Shown: one piece after another, positions 1 through 14,300 of the stretch | Layout: every line of letters begins with the position of its first letter | How positions within the stretch are numbered: the stretch's first letter is position 1 | Origin: Piromyces finnis finn | Lineage: Eukaryota; Fungi; Neocallimastigomycota | Assembly (NCBI GenBank): GCA_002104945.1 | Contig: MCFH01000064.1 | Span: forward strand, 1-64,000 | DNA: 64,000 nt | Direction of reading: 5' to 3' | Position numbers and translations under genes: made by a program | The notes under the pieces: model-generated | The model's database searches: none | What the model saw: only the letters and a program-made list of their open reading frames with translations | Told to the model about the DNA's origin: nothing

Positions 1-565
1 GAGGATTTAGTTACCTTGAAAATAATAATAATAATAATGTTAATAATATTATATATTTTAAAATTTTAGCAATAACTAAATTAATATAGATAATTACTGT
101 GTCACAAATCAAATAAAGTTGGAAAAATTGAGCAACAATAAAAATCATATGATAAACTGCTAAAGAATCAGTAACAGAAAGTTGACTCAATTTATTTTCA
201 TCATTACTAATCTTGTAGTAATCATAAACTTTTTCTAACTTATGTCTATTTTGAAGGGTAACGTAAATCTCTAATGCTGTAATTACAGCAGCTTGAATAA
301 TAGCCCATCCAATTGCTTTTTTTCTCCAATTATGTTTTTCTTGAGGAAACTTTATTTTAATTAAATAAAAATAAATTGTTATAAATGTGACTTTGATATA
401 ACAATAAAAGGTTCTGACTTTTTATGCATAAAAAATAACATTATACTCAATGCATACCCAAACATCCAGATGAGTATTAATTTTATTAACAATTGGTACA
501 ATTTTATTATCTATTGCTTTATAAGGCCTTACAAATACATTTTTTAATTTTTTTGAGAAACCCAT
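1..565 (-). CDS. UPF0658-like multi-pass membrane protein, 5' part (runs off the window); paralog of 1906-3610
   Basis: ATG at 565. Spliced translation MGFSKKLKNVFVRPYKAIDNKIVP...DVW|FPQEKHNWRKKAIGWAIIQA...YHMIFIVAQFFQLYLICDT|VTKSS aligns with the neighbouring gene, with introns at the same positions. Confidence 0.75.
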
Positions 566-1905
566 TTTATATTTTTTTTTTTTAAAGAAAATTATATTTA
601 CAATAATTATATAAAATATTATATTATATCTATATTTAAATCATAATTATAAAATATAGTATTATTAATACAAAATCAATTCATATTATAAAGAAAATAA
701 TTGATTAGCAAAATTAACTTTTGAATTGAATTTATTAGTATAATAGTAATTTCAGCTATCTATGATCTTTCATTTTAGCAAATTTTATAATATATTATTA
801 TATATGCTTATACATTTTACCTTTTATTATTAAAATTGTTTATTTATCTTTTAAAATGTTCTTTTTTTATAAATAAATTTATAAATAAATGAAAAAAAAA
901 AAAAAAAAGCTTTAATACAACTTCTGAATGCTAATAAATGTATAAATAAATAAATAAATAAAATTAATTCAATATTATATATATATATTTAAAAAAAAAA
1001 AAAAGCATACATTTCTATTGTTATTATAATAAAAGTAGTATTAATTGTAATTAGTGGTATAAAAAATTAATATTTATATATTTATATTTTAATATTTCAT
1101 CTTTTGATAAAATTGTTTTATCGTTTAGAATTAATAATAATGAAAAAAAAAAAAAAAAAAAAAAAATTATTGAATTTTTCTAAAAATAATTCTTGACAAT
1201 TTCTTTTCCTTTCTTTTCTTTTCTTTTTTTTATAGTTGTTTATATAGTATTATTTGTATTCTTATTTCTTTTTGAAAGAAAAGTAAAAAAAAAAAAGTTT
1301 TATTCTGTTTTCTTTCTAATTAATTATGTTTTACTTTAGAAGAATATTTTTTTTTTTTTTAAAATATATATTATTATTTTATAATTTTATAATTATTTAT
1401 TATTATTTAAAGTTTTGTAATTTTTTTTTTTAATTATTTTTACATTAAAAAATTTATCCTTGAATTTCATTTACTACCATAAATTAATAATAAATTACAA
1501 AATAAAAGTAAAGAAAATTTTTATTATTCAAGAGTAAAAGAAAATTTTATTATTCCTTCATTCAAAAATTATTGTATTCTTTAATTTTATTTATTTATTT
1601 ACTAATATTGTATTTTATTAATATTATTTACTATAATTATCAAAAATAAATAAATGAATATTCAATTATCTATTTTATTTTTTTATTATTATTAAAAAAG
1701 TTTTTTTTTTTTTTTTTATAAAAAAAATTAGCTAGTTTACATATTTGATTTATATTATTCTCTGAATATGGAGAATAGAAAATTAATTTATATTAAAGAA
1801 AAAAAATAATAATAAATATTATTTTAATTGTATATAGAAATTTTGTTCTTTAAGAATTAAAGATAGATAGATAGAGTTTCAGAATTTTTATACTATTTTA
1901 TCGAA

Positions 1906-3610
1906 TTATTCAATACTCCATCTTTTTCCTGTATTATATGAACTTGATAATGTACTATTGTGGCTTGATGTTGGGCCTAAAACAATAGATAAGTATATTA
2001 TATTAGTATCATTAATAGAGTAGTAAAATTAATTATTGTCGCTATTATACTTACGAAGTGACTTATCCTTCTTTAAACCCTTTGGGAAGTTCTTAAAGTT
2101 AATTAAAGCAAATACAAATGTAATTATACCAGCAATAATTGAACTATAGCCTGTATATAAATAAAAAAAAAAAATAATAAATAAAATTATTCTTCTGTTT
2201 TTTCAATTTTCTTCTATAATTGAGTATAAACTTACAGGCTACAGATAAACTAATTTTACAATTTCTATATTTACGAAGACTGATTTTTTTTGTTTCATTA
2301 TATTCTTTTTCATCATAATAAATATCTGCTACATTATAAGTCATATATCCAATGGAGATACTTAATAATGCAATGAATAAACTCATATATACATAACTTT
2401 CCTTCTTGATTGCATAAAATCCCAAAAATAATATAATAAAGTTTACAATTAATAATGCACAATTGATTATTTTTGTGGGACCTTCAAAAATATTAGTTAC
2501 AACAAATATAAATATTTGAATTGTAAATGAGGTGAAGAAGAAAACATCAAGCTTTAAAATAGCTAAGAAAATTTGACAAAGCTTAAGACGATCTTTTATA
2601 GAAATGGAAAAGAATTTAATAAATATAAATTTTTTATATAAACATTATTATTTATTATTTTAATCATTATATATATTTATTGAACATAAAGACGAAAAAA
2701 AAAAAAAAAAAAACTTACTTTTAACACCAATATCGGCACCTAATTGTTTGAATACATTCCAACCAAAGATTTTATACAATCTTAATGCAATAACAACCCA
2801 ACCAATACAAAAGACTACCATAAGACCAATAATAATTAATTCATAAATTTCTCCTTGATGTAAAGAATTCTTCAATTCTTCAACACCTGTATCATCTTTT
2901 GATGTAATTTTGCTAATAATATCATTTTCATCATTCTCGTTCTCACTTGGGGTAACACCTTCTTTTGCTTGCCACCATTGGATAACTGAGTATCCACTTA
3001 AACCAATACTGAAAAATGTACCAATAATTAATTGAATTGTTGATGATTTTGATACCTATTTTTACATATTATATTTTTATTATTTAAAATTGTAAAAAAT
3101 ATAAAAAAAATTTAAAATTATAATTTAATAAATTTAATAATTTATAAAAAAAATAGATAATTTTATATTTACTGTATCACAAATAAGAAATAGTTGGAAA
3201 AATTGAGCCACTATAAAAATCATATGATATACTGTTAATGAATCTGTTGCAGTAAGTTCATTTAAAATTTGTTTATCATTAATTTGTATAGCGTATCCGT
3301 AAATGGCCTTTACTTGTTCAATATTTTTTTTAGCAACAATAAATTCTAAAGTTGTTATAATAAGAGCTTGAAGAATAGCCCAACCAATTGCTATTTTTCT
3401 CCAATTATACTTTTCTGAAGGAAACTTTACAACAATAATAATATTTACATTAATAAACTGTTGGTTTTCTTTGATATTTAATTTTATAAAAAGAATATTT
3501 ACCCATGAATCAAGATAATTGTTTAATGTATTAACAACTGGTATAATTTTATTGGTAAAAGCTTTATAAGGCTTCACAAAAATATTTTTCCCGTTTTTTA
3601 AAAAACCCAT
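1906..3610 (-). CDS. UPF0658-like (fungal Golgi-type) multi-pass membrane protein, about 6 exons
   Basis: GT-AG spliced hydrophobic exons with motifs FGWNVFKQLGAD, ILKLDVFFFTSFTIQ, NFPKGLK and C-terminal RWSIE* (TAA 1906-1908), resembling fungal UPF0658 proteins. One donor near 2280 is ambiguous. Confidence 0.65.
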
Positions 3611-6005
3611 TGGATATAATTTTTATTTATTATATAAAAAAAAAACTAACAAATATTGATTTCTTAAGAAATATATTTTTGAAATATATTTATATATAAA
3701 TTATATTTTTATAAAAATCAATAATTTATTTATTCAAAGTAAATGTCTTTAAATTATTATTGTTTATTTTATTATTTATTTTTACCTATTTTACTTTAAT
3801 ACTCTTCCTATTTATTATATATTTGTTTTTAATTGTTTTATTATTGGTAGTATTATTAATATTATTATTACAAAAAATAAAAAGAGATATTGACAAAAAA
3901 CTATAAATAATAATTATGTTAATTTTTGAATGAAATTTTTATCTCTATTTAACAATTGTAGGATAAAGTAACGATATGGTTAAATATTTGGTATTTGTTC
4001 TATAATTAAGTAAATCTATATAATTAATTAATTTATTAATTAATTTAATTTCTGGATATTTATTAAAAAAAAACAAAGGCAATTGCTTTTTATTATTATT
4101 GTTGTTATTTCTTGATTTTCAATCAACAACTAATTCATTCTTTATTATATTTATTAAAGAAATTGTAATTTAAATTGCGCTTTTTTTTATTTTATTTTAT
4201 TTTTTTTTTTTTTTTGGAGAATAAAAAAAAGAATAAAATATTTCAATCGAGAAAATATTGTAAATTTTCAATATATTATTAATTATTAAATAATTGTTAA
4301 ATAATATATTTAATAAATATATTATTTTATATTGAATGTTTATTAAAATATCAAAAAAGTTTAATAAATAGTAAAATTAATTAGAAATAATTATATATAT
4401 ATATAAAAAAAAAAAACATTTTTTTTGTTATTTATTGATAATTAATATAATCTTAAGAGTTAAACATATGGTTTATGATGATGCTTTATTTTTTAATAAT
4501 AAAATTTGAATTTAAATTAATATGTAGTAAATACATTAATGTAATATAATTATAATAATTCATATAATATACTTAATTATATTATAATTTATTAATTTAT
4601 GATATCAAATAAAAATAATTATATTATATTAATTGAAATTAAAAATTATGTTATTTTTCCATAAATATATGTATAATGAATATAGATAGAAATAATTTTA
4701 AAATACTATTAAATTAATAAATTGATTCGACCAATAGTATGGAAAAATTATCTAATTTATAATAAAATTAATATCATAGAATCATATAGTATTCATGTGT
4801 TAATACTTTAAAGTTATAGCTTAAATAAGTTGCAGAACCATAAAATACTATATATTTTGGATTATAATAATACAATAAAATCACTCAAAATTCTATAATC
4901 CCAAAATGATTCAAAAGTTCTATTAAAAGTACAAAAATACCAAATAAATCAATGAAATAGTAATATAAATAAATAAATATATTAAAATATTAATAAAGAC
5001 TAAAAATATTAAAAGGTGACTTAGAAATGTCTAATAATTATTAATGCTAAAATGAACATATTTTGAATATATGTTAATTTGTAATAATAAAAAATATATT
5101 AATGAAAAAGATATTTTAAGTTTTGTTAAATAATTAAGGTTGTTGTTTTTTTTCTTGCTCTTACAGTATACATTTATGGAAAATCAAGTTTTATATTCAA
5201 CCGTTCAAAAAGTTTGATATGTTTGAAATATCAACATTAGACTTAATATGTCAATTATAAATAGAATAAAAAAATTTTTTTTTCTTCTTAGAGAATTTCC
5301 TGAAACATTTGTATATATAATAAATATTATTAATTATTTAATTATATATTTTTATTTACTTTAATAATATTTTACATATTAAATTGAATATTAAATAATA
5401 TTGTAGTATTAGTATTTAATAATATTAAATGATATATAATATTATTGAAAAACACTACAATACTTTTAAAAATAATTTTGTTATATATTGTTTCAATTCT
5501 ATACTAGTTAGTGTAGTTTATTTGGATAAGTTCCACACATCTAAATAAATTTATAAAATAATACTCATAATAAAATGTTTTACTAATTATAATTATAAAA
5601 AAAAGTGTATAATTTTGTGATATAATTGGATATGGTGGTAATAATGGAAGAAAAATGTTATATATAATAATCATACAGAGAATTTTTTAAATTATTTTAT
5701 TTTTAATATTTATTGATTGATTTACTAGGATACTTGAGCTTATCCATGAATGACTAAAGTTCTTTTATATGAATCGTTGGTGAAAATACAATAATAAACG
5801 GATGTTATCTTATTGGTTAATACTAATACTCCATATATAAATACATTAATTTGTAATATTAATGCGTATTTTCAATATTTTAATACTATGGAACATAAAT
5901 ACTAGTATAATTATGTAACTTGTTAGGTATAATGACGCTTTGGGAAAATGAATTTACTAACATAACATACTATTTAACTATCACTTATCTCTAATCGTTG
6001 GTCTG

Positions 6006-6039
<34 letters not shown>

Positions 6040-7030
6040 ATACTATTTAAACTATTTCTTTCCTTATTATCAAAAATATTATATACCAATTGATCTATAA
6101 CTTTCCCTTCCATTTTAAAATCATTCAATCCACACTATAAAAAAATTTTATATATATATATTTTTTTTTTAATAAATAATATACACTTTAAATAAATAAA
6201 TATTACTCTTTTATTTTTATATAATTTAATTTGGTTGATTTATTGGGAAAGTTAAAATATATATAATTTCTTTTTTACTATTTTTTTTTTTAATTGTATT
6301 TGCCTTAATATTAAAATAATAAATAAATAAATAAATAAATAAATAATATTTGAAGATAGTTCAATTATACTTTCTTTTGTTTTTTGAATAACAAAAAAAA
6401 AACATTCTTTTCTCTATCTTATAATCATTATTACTATTTGGTATTAGTATTATTTTAAAATAGTTTGTTTTATTTTATTTTCTTTCTTTTATTATTATTT
6501 GTTTACTTTTTATTATATTATTATTGTTTTAATTATTTAATTATTTTTTTTTTATTTTTTTATTTATTTATATATTTATTTATTATTTTTTATAAGGTAT
6601 ACGGCCTGCTTTAGATATTACTTATATAAAATATAATTAATTTATAATTCATAATTTATTATTTTTTAATTATTGATTTTTTTTATTATATTAAATGATT
6701 TTTATAAAAAAGGGATAATATATAAATAGCTTTTATGCTGAAAATTTTGTTTTCAACTTTTTTCAAAAAAAAAAATGATGTATAAAAATCTATTCTTTTT
6801 TTCAGCTTTGGATTTTTTTGTAACTTATCTTCATTAATAATTTAATTTAATTTATATCTTTTTTTAAAAAATGCTTTTAGAAATGCCTTTTTGATTAAGG
6901 TAGTATTAAAAAAAAAAATAAAAAAAGTATATATATATATAAAGATAATATTTATATATAATTATATATTCATTTTATAAAATGATTATTATATATGAAT
7001 ATATAAATTTAAAAACTTATATCAATACAT

Positions 7031-8038
7031 TTAAAGGTCAGAACGGCAGCGTGGACCAGTTGGTTCAGAAGTTAAAGCAGTTAAACCAGTCTTTGGTTCA
7101 CAAGAGTGACGAGTTTGAGAACCTCTCTTTGGAACAACACCCTTACGTAATTGCTTAAGAATCTTCTTAACAGAAGATGGAGATAAATCTTCATAGTAGT
7201 CATCGTTAATAGACATAACTGGAGCGTTACAACAGGCACCAGCACATTCAACTTCAATTAAAGTGAACATACCATCCTTAGTAGTTTCACCAACGTTAAT
7301 ACCTAATTCCTTCTTGATAGTATTGAAAATTTCATCTGAACCGCAAACCTTACATGGAGTAGTACCACAAACTTGTAAAAGGTATTTACCTCTTGGTTCT
7401 CTGTGGAACATAGTGTAGAAAGTGGCGACTTCATAAACTCTGATTGGTGGAATTTCAAGGAATTCAGCAACAGCATTCATAACTGGAACACTACACCAAC
7501 CATGTTGACGTTGAGCAATATCTAAAAGTGGAATAGTAGCACCTCTCTTGTAATCATCTGGATATTTCTTTAAAAGTTCTTCAGCTCTCTTTAAGTTTTC
7601 TGGAGAGAACTATTATTTTTTAAATATATTATTTAAGTTTATTGATATTGTAAAGTTTTAAATTTAATCTATATTTAACATAAAATAAATATTACCTTGA
7701 ATGGGGCCATATTGGATGGTTTAGCATCAGTTCTTGGCTATATAAAATGTAAATTAAATTTTTATTAATATTCAAAAAAAAATTAAAAAGGTGGGGTAAA
7801 TAAAAATTTTTTCATATTTTTGACATTCTTTAAATAAATGAAAAAAAAATAAAATATTTCAAATAAACTCTCTTCCTTATTGATTATATTTATTAATTTT
7901 TTATAAAATATATATATTATATACCATAACATTTCTAGCAACAATTGGAGTTGAAGAAAGAGATCTGGCAGCTAATAAGCTAGCTTTTGGGAGGATAGAT
8001 TTGCTAAGTAATGAAGTAGTTGGCTTAAGAGCGAACAT
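7031..8038 (-). CDS. nuoE: NADH dehydrogenase 24-kDa [2Fe-2S] subunit (NuoE/NDUFV2) with organellar presequence; exons 8038-7925, 7737-7696, 7609-7031 (244 aa)
   Basis: Motifs YEVATFYTMF, QVCGTTPCKVCG and VECAGACCNAP (four 2Fe-2S cysteines). In-frame GT-AG junctions. Basic, acid-free N-terminus MFALKPTTSLLSKSILPKASLLAARSLSS. Confidence 0.95.
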
Positions 8039-9229
8039 TTTATGAAAATCTGTTTTAAATTAATAAATTGATTACAAAAATATTTGTTAATATTTTCATG
8101 TAAATATATTTATTTCAGTATTTATAGTTTAAATCCAATTAATTGATTCATTCATAAACTGTAAATTTCTTCTAATTATACTGATAGACAATAACTTTAT
8201 TTATGCTTTATTATGATATATATTATTTTATATTATTTATTTTCTTCTTTTTTTATTCTTCCATCCATTATTATTATCTATTACAACATCAATATAGACA
8301 TTAATCTTGTTGATTGATTATTTATACATTATTATTAAATATAATAATTAAATATCTTAAGTTCCTGATTTCTTTTTATATTTGATTTCTTTATACACTT
8401 CTTTCTATATGTATTTTTATATACATTATACACTATTATTTTATAATAATTATTGTTAAGTTAATCTTTACTATATTTACTTTATAAATTAAACAAAAAA
8501 TGAAAGTTAAAGAGTTAAAAAATAATAAAAAAAAAAAGTAAAATTTATTAAATATATATGATTTCTATATGTTACTTAATCTGTTTTTTTTTATATATAT
8601 TATTTATAAAATGCTAACTATTATATTGAATAATATATTATGTATATTTCCTAATACATTCAAAAATAATTAAATAGTTATAATCTAAATTTTTATTAAT
8701 GTATAGCTTAATAAATAATCTAAATTTTTTATATGTTCCATAAAAATATATAGTATAATATATATTCATTGTATATTGTATTATATTATAATATATTATT
8801 AATATAAAAAAACTTTTTTAAAATTTTTATTAATTTTTTATATTCATATATACAACCCGATTTGCTTTTTTCATATCATAAACCTATGTGGGGTATTATT
8901 ATCCAATCATATTTTTAAAAATTAAATAAATATTTCAGATAAAATTTTAAAATATTATAAAATAAAAGAATAACATTTTATCTAAAATTGTAAATTGCCT
9001 TTACATAAATAAATTGGATGATGGATAATGGAAAGAATGCAAAAAAAAAAAAATTAGAAGTTTATAAATTTTATAAATTTATATAAATATACAAAGATTT
9101 AGCTATTTTTTTTTTTTATTTTTAATAGAGCTATGAATAAAATTGAAAAATATCATAAAACTAATGATGTAGTATTATCCATTATTAGATATAGTAATTA
9201 TAGAAAATAATCATGACATATTAATTAAT

Positions 9230-9266
<37 letters not shown>

Positions 9267-11337
9267 TTATTAGTATTATTATTATTATTATTTCTCTTAT
9301 TGCTGTTATTGCTGTTATTATTATTAACTTTTTTTATAATAATGATTCCTTTTTAATTATTAATAATAATATAAAAAGATATTTTTGTTTTTATTTTAAT
9401 ATTTATAAAATCCTTCCTATAATAACCTAATTTAATAGTATTACAAGTTTAATTTTTAAATTTTTAAAAGTTGCTTTATATATATAAAATAATTAAATTA
9501 GTATTGAGATGTAATATTAAAAGCAAGTTAAAAAAATAAGTAATACCATTAATCAATAGTTATTTGATTCGAAAATTGTTATTAAATATTATTTAATATG
9601 TAGCACTTTCATAATTATATAAACTAATGTTCATTTAAAATAATTTTAAACTTAAAGAACGTACGTTCTCTTATTGACTTAAAAAAAAAATAAAATTAAA
9701 AAATATTACATACATATATAATAAATGAAAAAGTAAACATTATTGGCCATATAACTAAATTTTTATAATAAAAAATGTTTTTTTTTTTATAAAATATAAA
9801 TATCCTAAATATATATATGCTAAATATTTATACTAAAAACCGATACTTATTATGAATTTCTTTTTATCATTTCAAAACAAATAAATAATAGTAAAATTTA
9901 AATAATTAAGCATTAAATAAAAAAATAAAGATTAAAGTTTAAAAAATTTATTTTTTATAATTTATGGTAAAATTTTAAGCTTCATTCAATGTAATAATGC
10001 AATAATGTAAATGTAAACGTACTTCATTTTTAATTGTATAATTGTAATTGTAGTTGTAGTTGAAATCGTAATGTATTTTTTTTTATAATTTTTTATTATG
10101 AATCTATTATTTCATATTATAAAAGCAATAAAGCAATAAGTATATGAATAAAATATTAAGTAATTACAAAAAATAAATTTTACATATCACGTGTTATAGA
10201 AGTTTAGATTTATTACTTTCATATTTATATTTATCATTTTATTTATTTTTTTATTTATTAAAAACTACTATTATCATAAATATATGTTAACTCATGATAT
10301 TGTTATGATATTTTATAAATTATGATGAATTACTTTACATATATTAATGTGTTATTCTATGATTTGTTAATGTTAATAAACTAAATATTTATACTTATAT
10401 ATGTTTAAATCTAATGTATAAACCATAAACATAAATACTAAATATTCAAATATACATAATTATTAAAAAAAATTATTCTTTTTTTTTTTTAATATAAAAA
10501 ATTTGTATTTATTTATTTTTATTTCAACAATAAAAATAAATTGTTAAGAATAAAGAAGGAAAAAAAAAATAATTATAACGATTTTCATACTTTTTTTTTT
10601 CCTCTTAAATAAATAAAACAAAAAGAAAAAGAAAATAATTATAAAAAAATATAATATAAAAAATATATAATACAACACAAAATTAATAAAAAGAGAGAAG
10701 AAAGTAAATATTATCATTTTAATAAACAAAAATTAAATAAATCAAATAAAAATAAATAGAAAAAAACATATAGTAAAAATTAAATTAATCAGGAATAATA
10801 ATGAAAAAAAAAAAAAAAATAGAATATTATTAAAACAAAAAAAAAAAAAAAAAAAAAGATATCAATACAAATATAAATAAACTAATTAATATTTTTTATA
10901 TATTTGTTTATACTTGTTTCTTCAAACAATAATTATTAAATAATTATTGAAATTTAACAATTATAAATAATAAACAATTGTTTATATATAATAATAATAC
11001 AATAATATATTAATGTAAACAAAATAACAACATTATTTTAATTATTTTTAAATCATAAATTAATAAAAAGAAAAAAAAATAATATAGGTAATTTTTAAAT
11101 AAAAATATAAAAATCTTTAAAATATATATAAGTTATAAAAGTATAATACTAATAATAATTTATATTCTTTCTGTTTACTTTTTCTAATTTTATTTTTTTT
11201 TTTTTCAAAAAAATAAATAAATAAATATTCATATTATAAAAATCTTGCTAAAATAATAAAATATATTAATGTGATTGGAAATAATATTAATAAACAATAA
11301 ATATATTAAAACAGAATTTTAATAATATAAATAAACA

Positions 11338-14300
11338 ATGCTTTCAAAATTTGAAACAAAGTCAAATAGAGTAAAAGGTCTTTCTTTTCATCCAAAAAGA
11401 CCATGGATTCTTGCATCTTTACATAATGGTTCAATTCAACTTTGGGATTATAAAATGGGTACCTTAATAGAAAAATTTGAAGAACATGAAGGTTAATAAT
11501 TGTTATTCTATCTTTTAATTCTTTATGTATATATATAAAAAAAAATTCTGATGAAAAAAATAAAAGACTTTATTCTTCATAAATTTAATAATCAGTATAT
11601 AAATATTCATATAAATAAAAATATATATATGATATTGAGATACTGAGAATACTAGAAAGATAAAAAAAAGCAAATAATAATTATAATAAACAGTAGAAAA
11701 AATAAAGAAAAATAAAAAATAATAACAATAATAAAAAGTTAATATAATAAAAAGATTTAATTATTAATATTTATACATTGAATCAATCATATAGGTCCAG
11801 TAAGAGGTATCGCTTTTCATCCAACACAGCCATTGTTTGTTTCTGGTGGTGATGATTATAAAGTTAAAGTTTGGAATTGGAAACAAAAGCGTTGTCTTTT
11901 TACATTAACAGGTCACTTAGATTATATTCGTACAACTTACTTCCATCATGAACATCCATGGATTATTTCAGCTTCTGATGATCAAACTATTCGTATTTGG
12001 AACTGGCAATCAAGAAATTGCATTTCAATTCTTACAGGTCACAACCATTATGTTATGTGTGCTCAATTCCATCCAAAGGAAGATTTAATTGTTTCAGCTT
12101 CCTTAGATCAAACCGTAAGAGTCTGGGATATTAGTGGTATGTTTAATATTTTTATTATAAAGATTAATAAAATATAAGTTAAATACAAATTTTATTAATT
12201 AATGCTTAATAAAACAAAGGCCTTGTTAAGAAACATGCTGCTCCAGGAATGAATACTTTTGAAGATAATAGAAATAACAGAAATCAACCAGATTTATTCG
12301 GTACATCTGATGCTGTTGTTAAGTTTGTTTTAGAAGGACATGACCGTGGTGTTAACTGGGCTACATTCCACCCAACTTATCCATTAATTGTTTCTGGTGC
12401 TGATGATAGACAAGTTAAATTATGGAGAATGAATGGTATATACATTTATGCAATTTAATAAAATATAATGTATACAAAATATCAATATTAATATTATATA
12501 ATTTATAATATAGAAACAAAGGCCTGGGAAGTTGATACTTGTCGTGGTCACTATAACAATGTTTCAAGTGTTATTTTCCATCCTCGTCAAGAATTAATTA
12601 TTAGTGACTCCGAAGATAAAACAATTAGAATTTGGGATATGACCAAGAGAACATGCTTACAAACCTTTAAAAGAGAACATGATCGTTTCTGGGTTATTAC
12701 AGCTCATCCTGAACTTAATCTCTTTGCTGCTGGTAAATATATAAGCTCATTAAATTATTTTTTAAAAGTTTTTAAATTAAAATATTTCATTAATTCATTA
12801 ATTTATTGCATAAATATATATTAATGAAATTCAGGTCATGATAACGGTTTAATCGTATTCAAATTAGAAAGAGAAAGAATTGCATCAACAACTTATCAAA
12901 ACAATTTATTCTTTATTAAGGACAAAAATATTAGAATGTATGACTTTGATAGTAAAGATATTCCAATTATGCCACTTAGAACTGGATCAGGAACTTATAC
13001 TACTCCAAGAACTATTTCATATAACCCAATTGAAAATGCCTTACTTGTCTGTTATGTAAGAATATTATAGCTTTTATACAATTAATTTTAACTTTAAAAT
13101 TCTTTTAACATTATTTTCTAAAATATTGTATAAATTATTACAGACAACCGACGAAGGCATGTATGAATTATATATGTTACCAAGAGATCAAAGAAGTGAA
13201 AATCAAAGTTCAATTGAACCAAAGCATGGTAGTGGTCACAATGCAGTTTTTGTTGCTCGTAATCGTTTTGCTGTCTTCAATAAAAACGAACAAGTAAATT
13301 TCTTTTTCTTCTTTATAGATTTTTTAAAAAATAAAAGGAAAAAATATTTAATTCATTTTAAATAAAAATTACATATAGCAAATTTACATTAAAGATATTA
13401 ATAATGAAACAACTAAACAATTCAAAACCCCAGCTACTATTACTAATATATATTATGCTGGTGCAAGAAACTTATTAATGACAACTCCATCATCTGTAAT
13501 TTTATTCGACATTGAATCACGTTCAATCATTGCCGAATTAAATGCTAGCAACGTTCGTTATGTTGTCTGGTCTCAAAATATGTCTATGGTTGCTTTATTA
13601 AGCAAACATTGTAAGTTATAATAGAAATAATATTTTTGAAACTATGTAAAATTAAATTGAAAATACTAAATGTATTAATAATAATTTGATAAATAATCAA
13701 TTAAGCTATCATCATTGCTAATAAGCAATTAGAACAACTTTGCTTAATTCATGAAACTATTAAAATAAAGAGTGGTGCTTGGGATGAACTTGGTATTTTC
13801 ATTTACACAACTCTTAATCATCTTAAATACGTTCTTCCACAAGGGTAAATAACTTTAATTTTATAAAAATTATTATTAATATATATTTAAATGACTAATT
13901 GATTAAAAAATAAATAGAGATAATGGTATTATTCGTACTCTTGAACAACCAGTCTATTTAACTAAGGTTGCCAACCAAAATATTCACTGCTTGGATCGTG
14001 ATGGTAAACCAAGAGTTATGACAGTAGATCCAACCGAATATCACTTCAAGTTAGCTTTAGTCAACAAGAAATATGATGAAGTTCTTCGTATTATTCAAAC
14101 TTCCAACTTAGTTGGTCAATCCATTATTTCATACCTTCAAAAGAAGGGTTATGCTGATGTAAGTAAATTAATTTTTTAGTAAAATTATTATAATATTAAA
14201 ATAAAATAATTTGCTTTTATTTATTTTTATTTTTGTATTTTTTTTATTTCTACTTCATATTCTTATTATATTATTAATCACTATTTCTATTTTATAGATT

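Noticed and set aside
5720-6005. Slightly GC-richer patch resembling an eroded exon
   Set aside because: Multiple stops and no recognisable homology.
10544-10729. Short hydrophobic ORFs in intergenic DNA (also 18348-18530, 18667-18849, 19000-19239)
   Set aside because: Expected from T/A homopolymer-rich sequence, with no coding signature.
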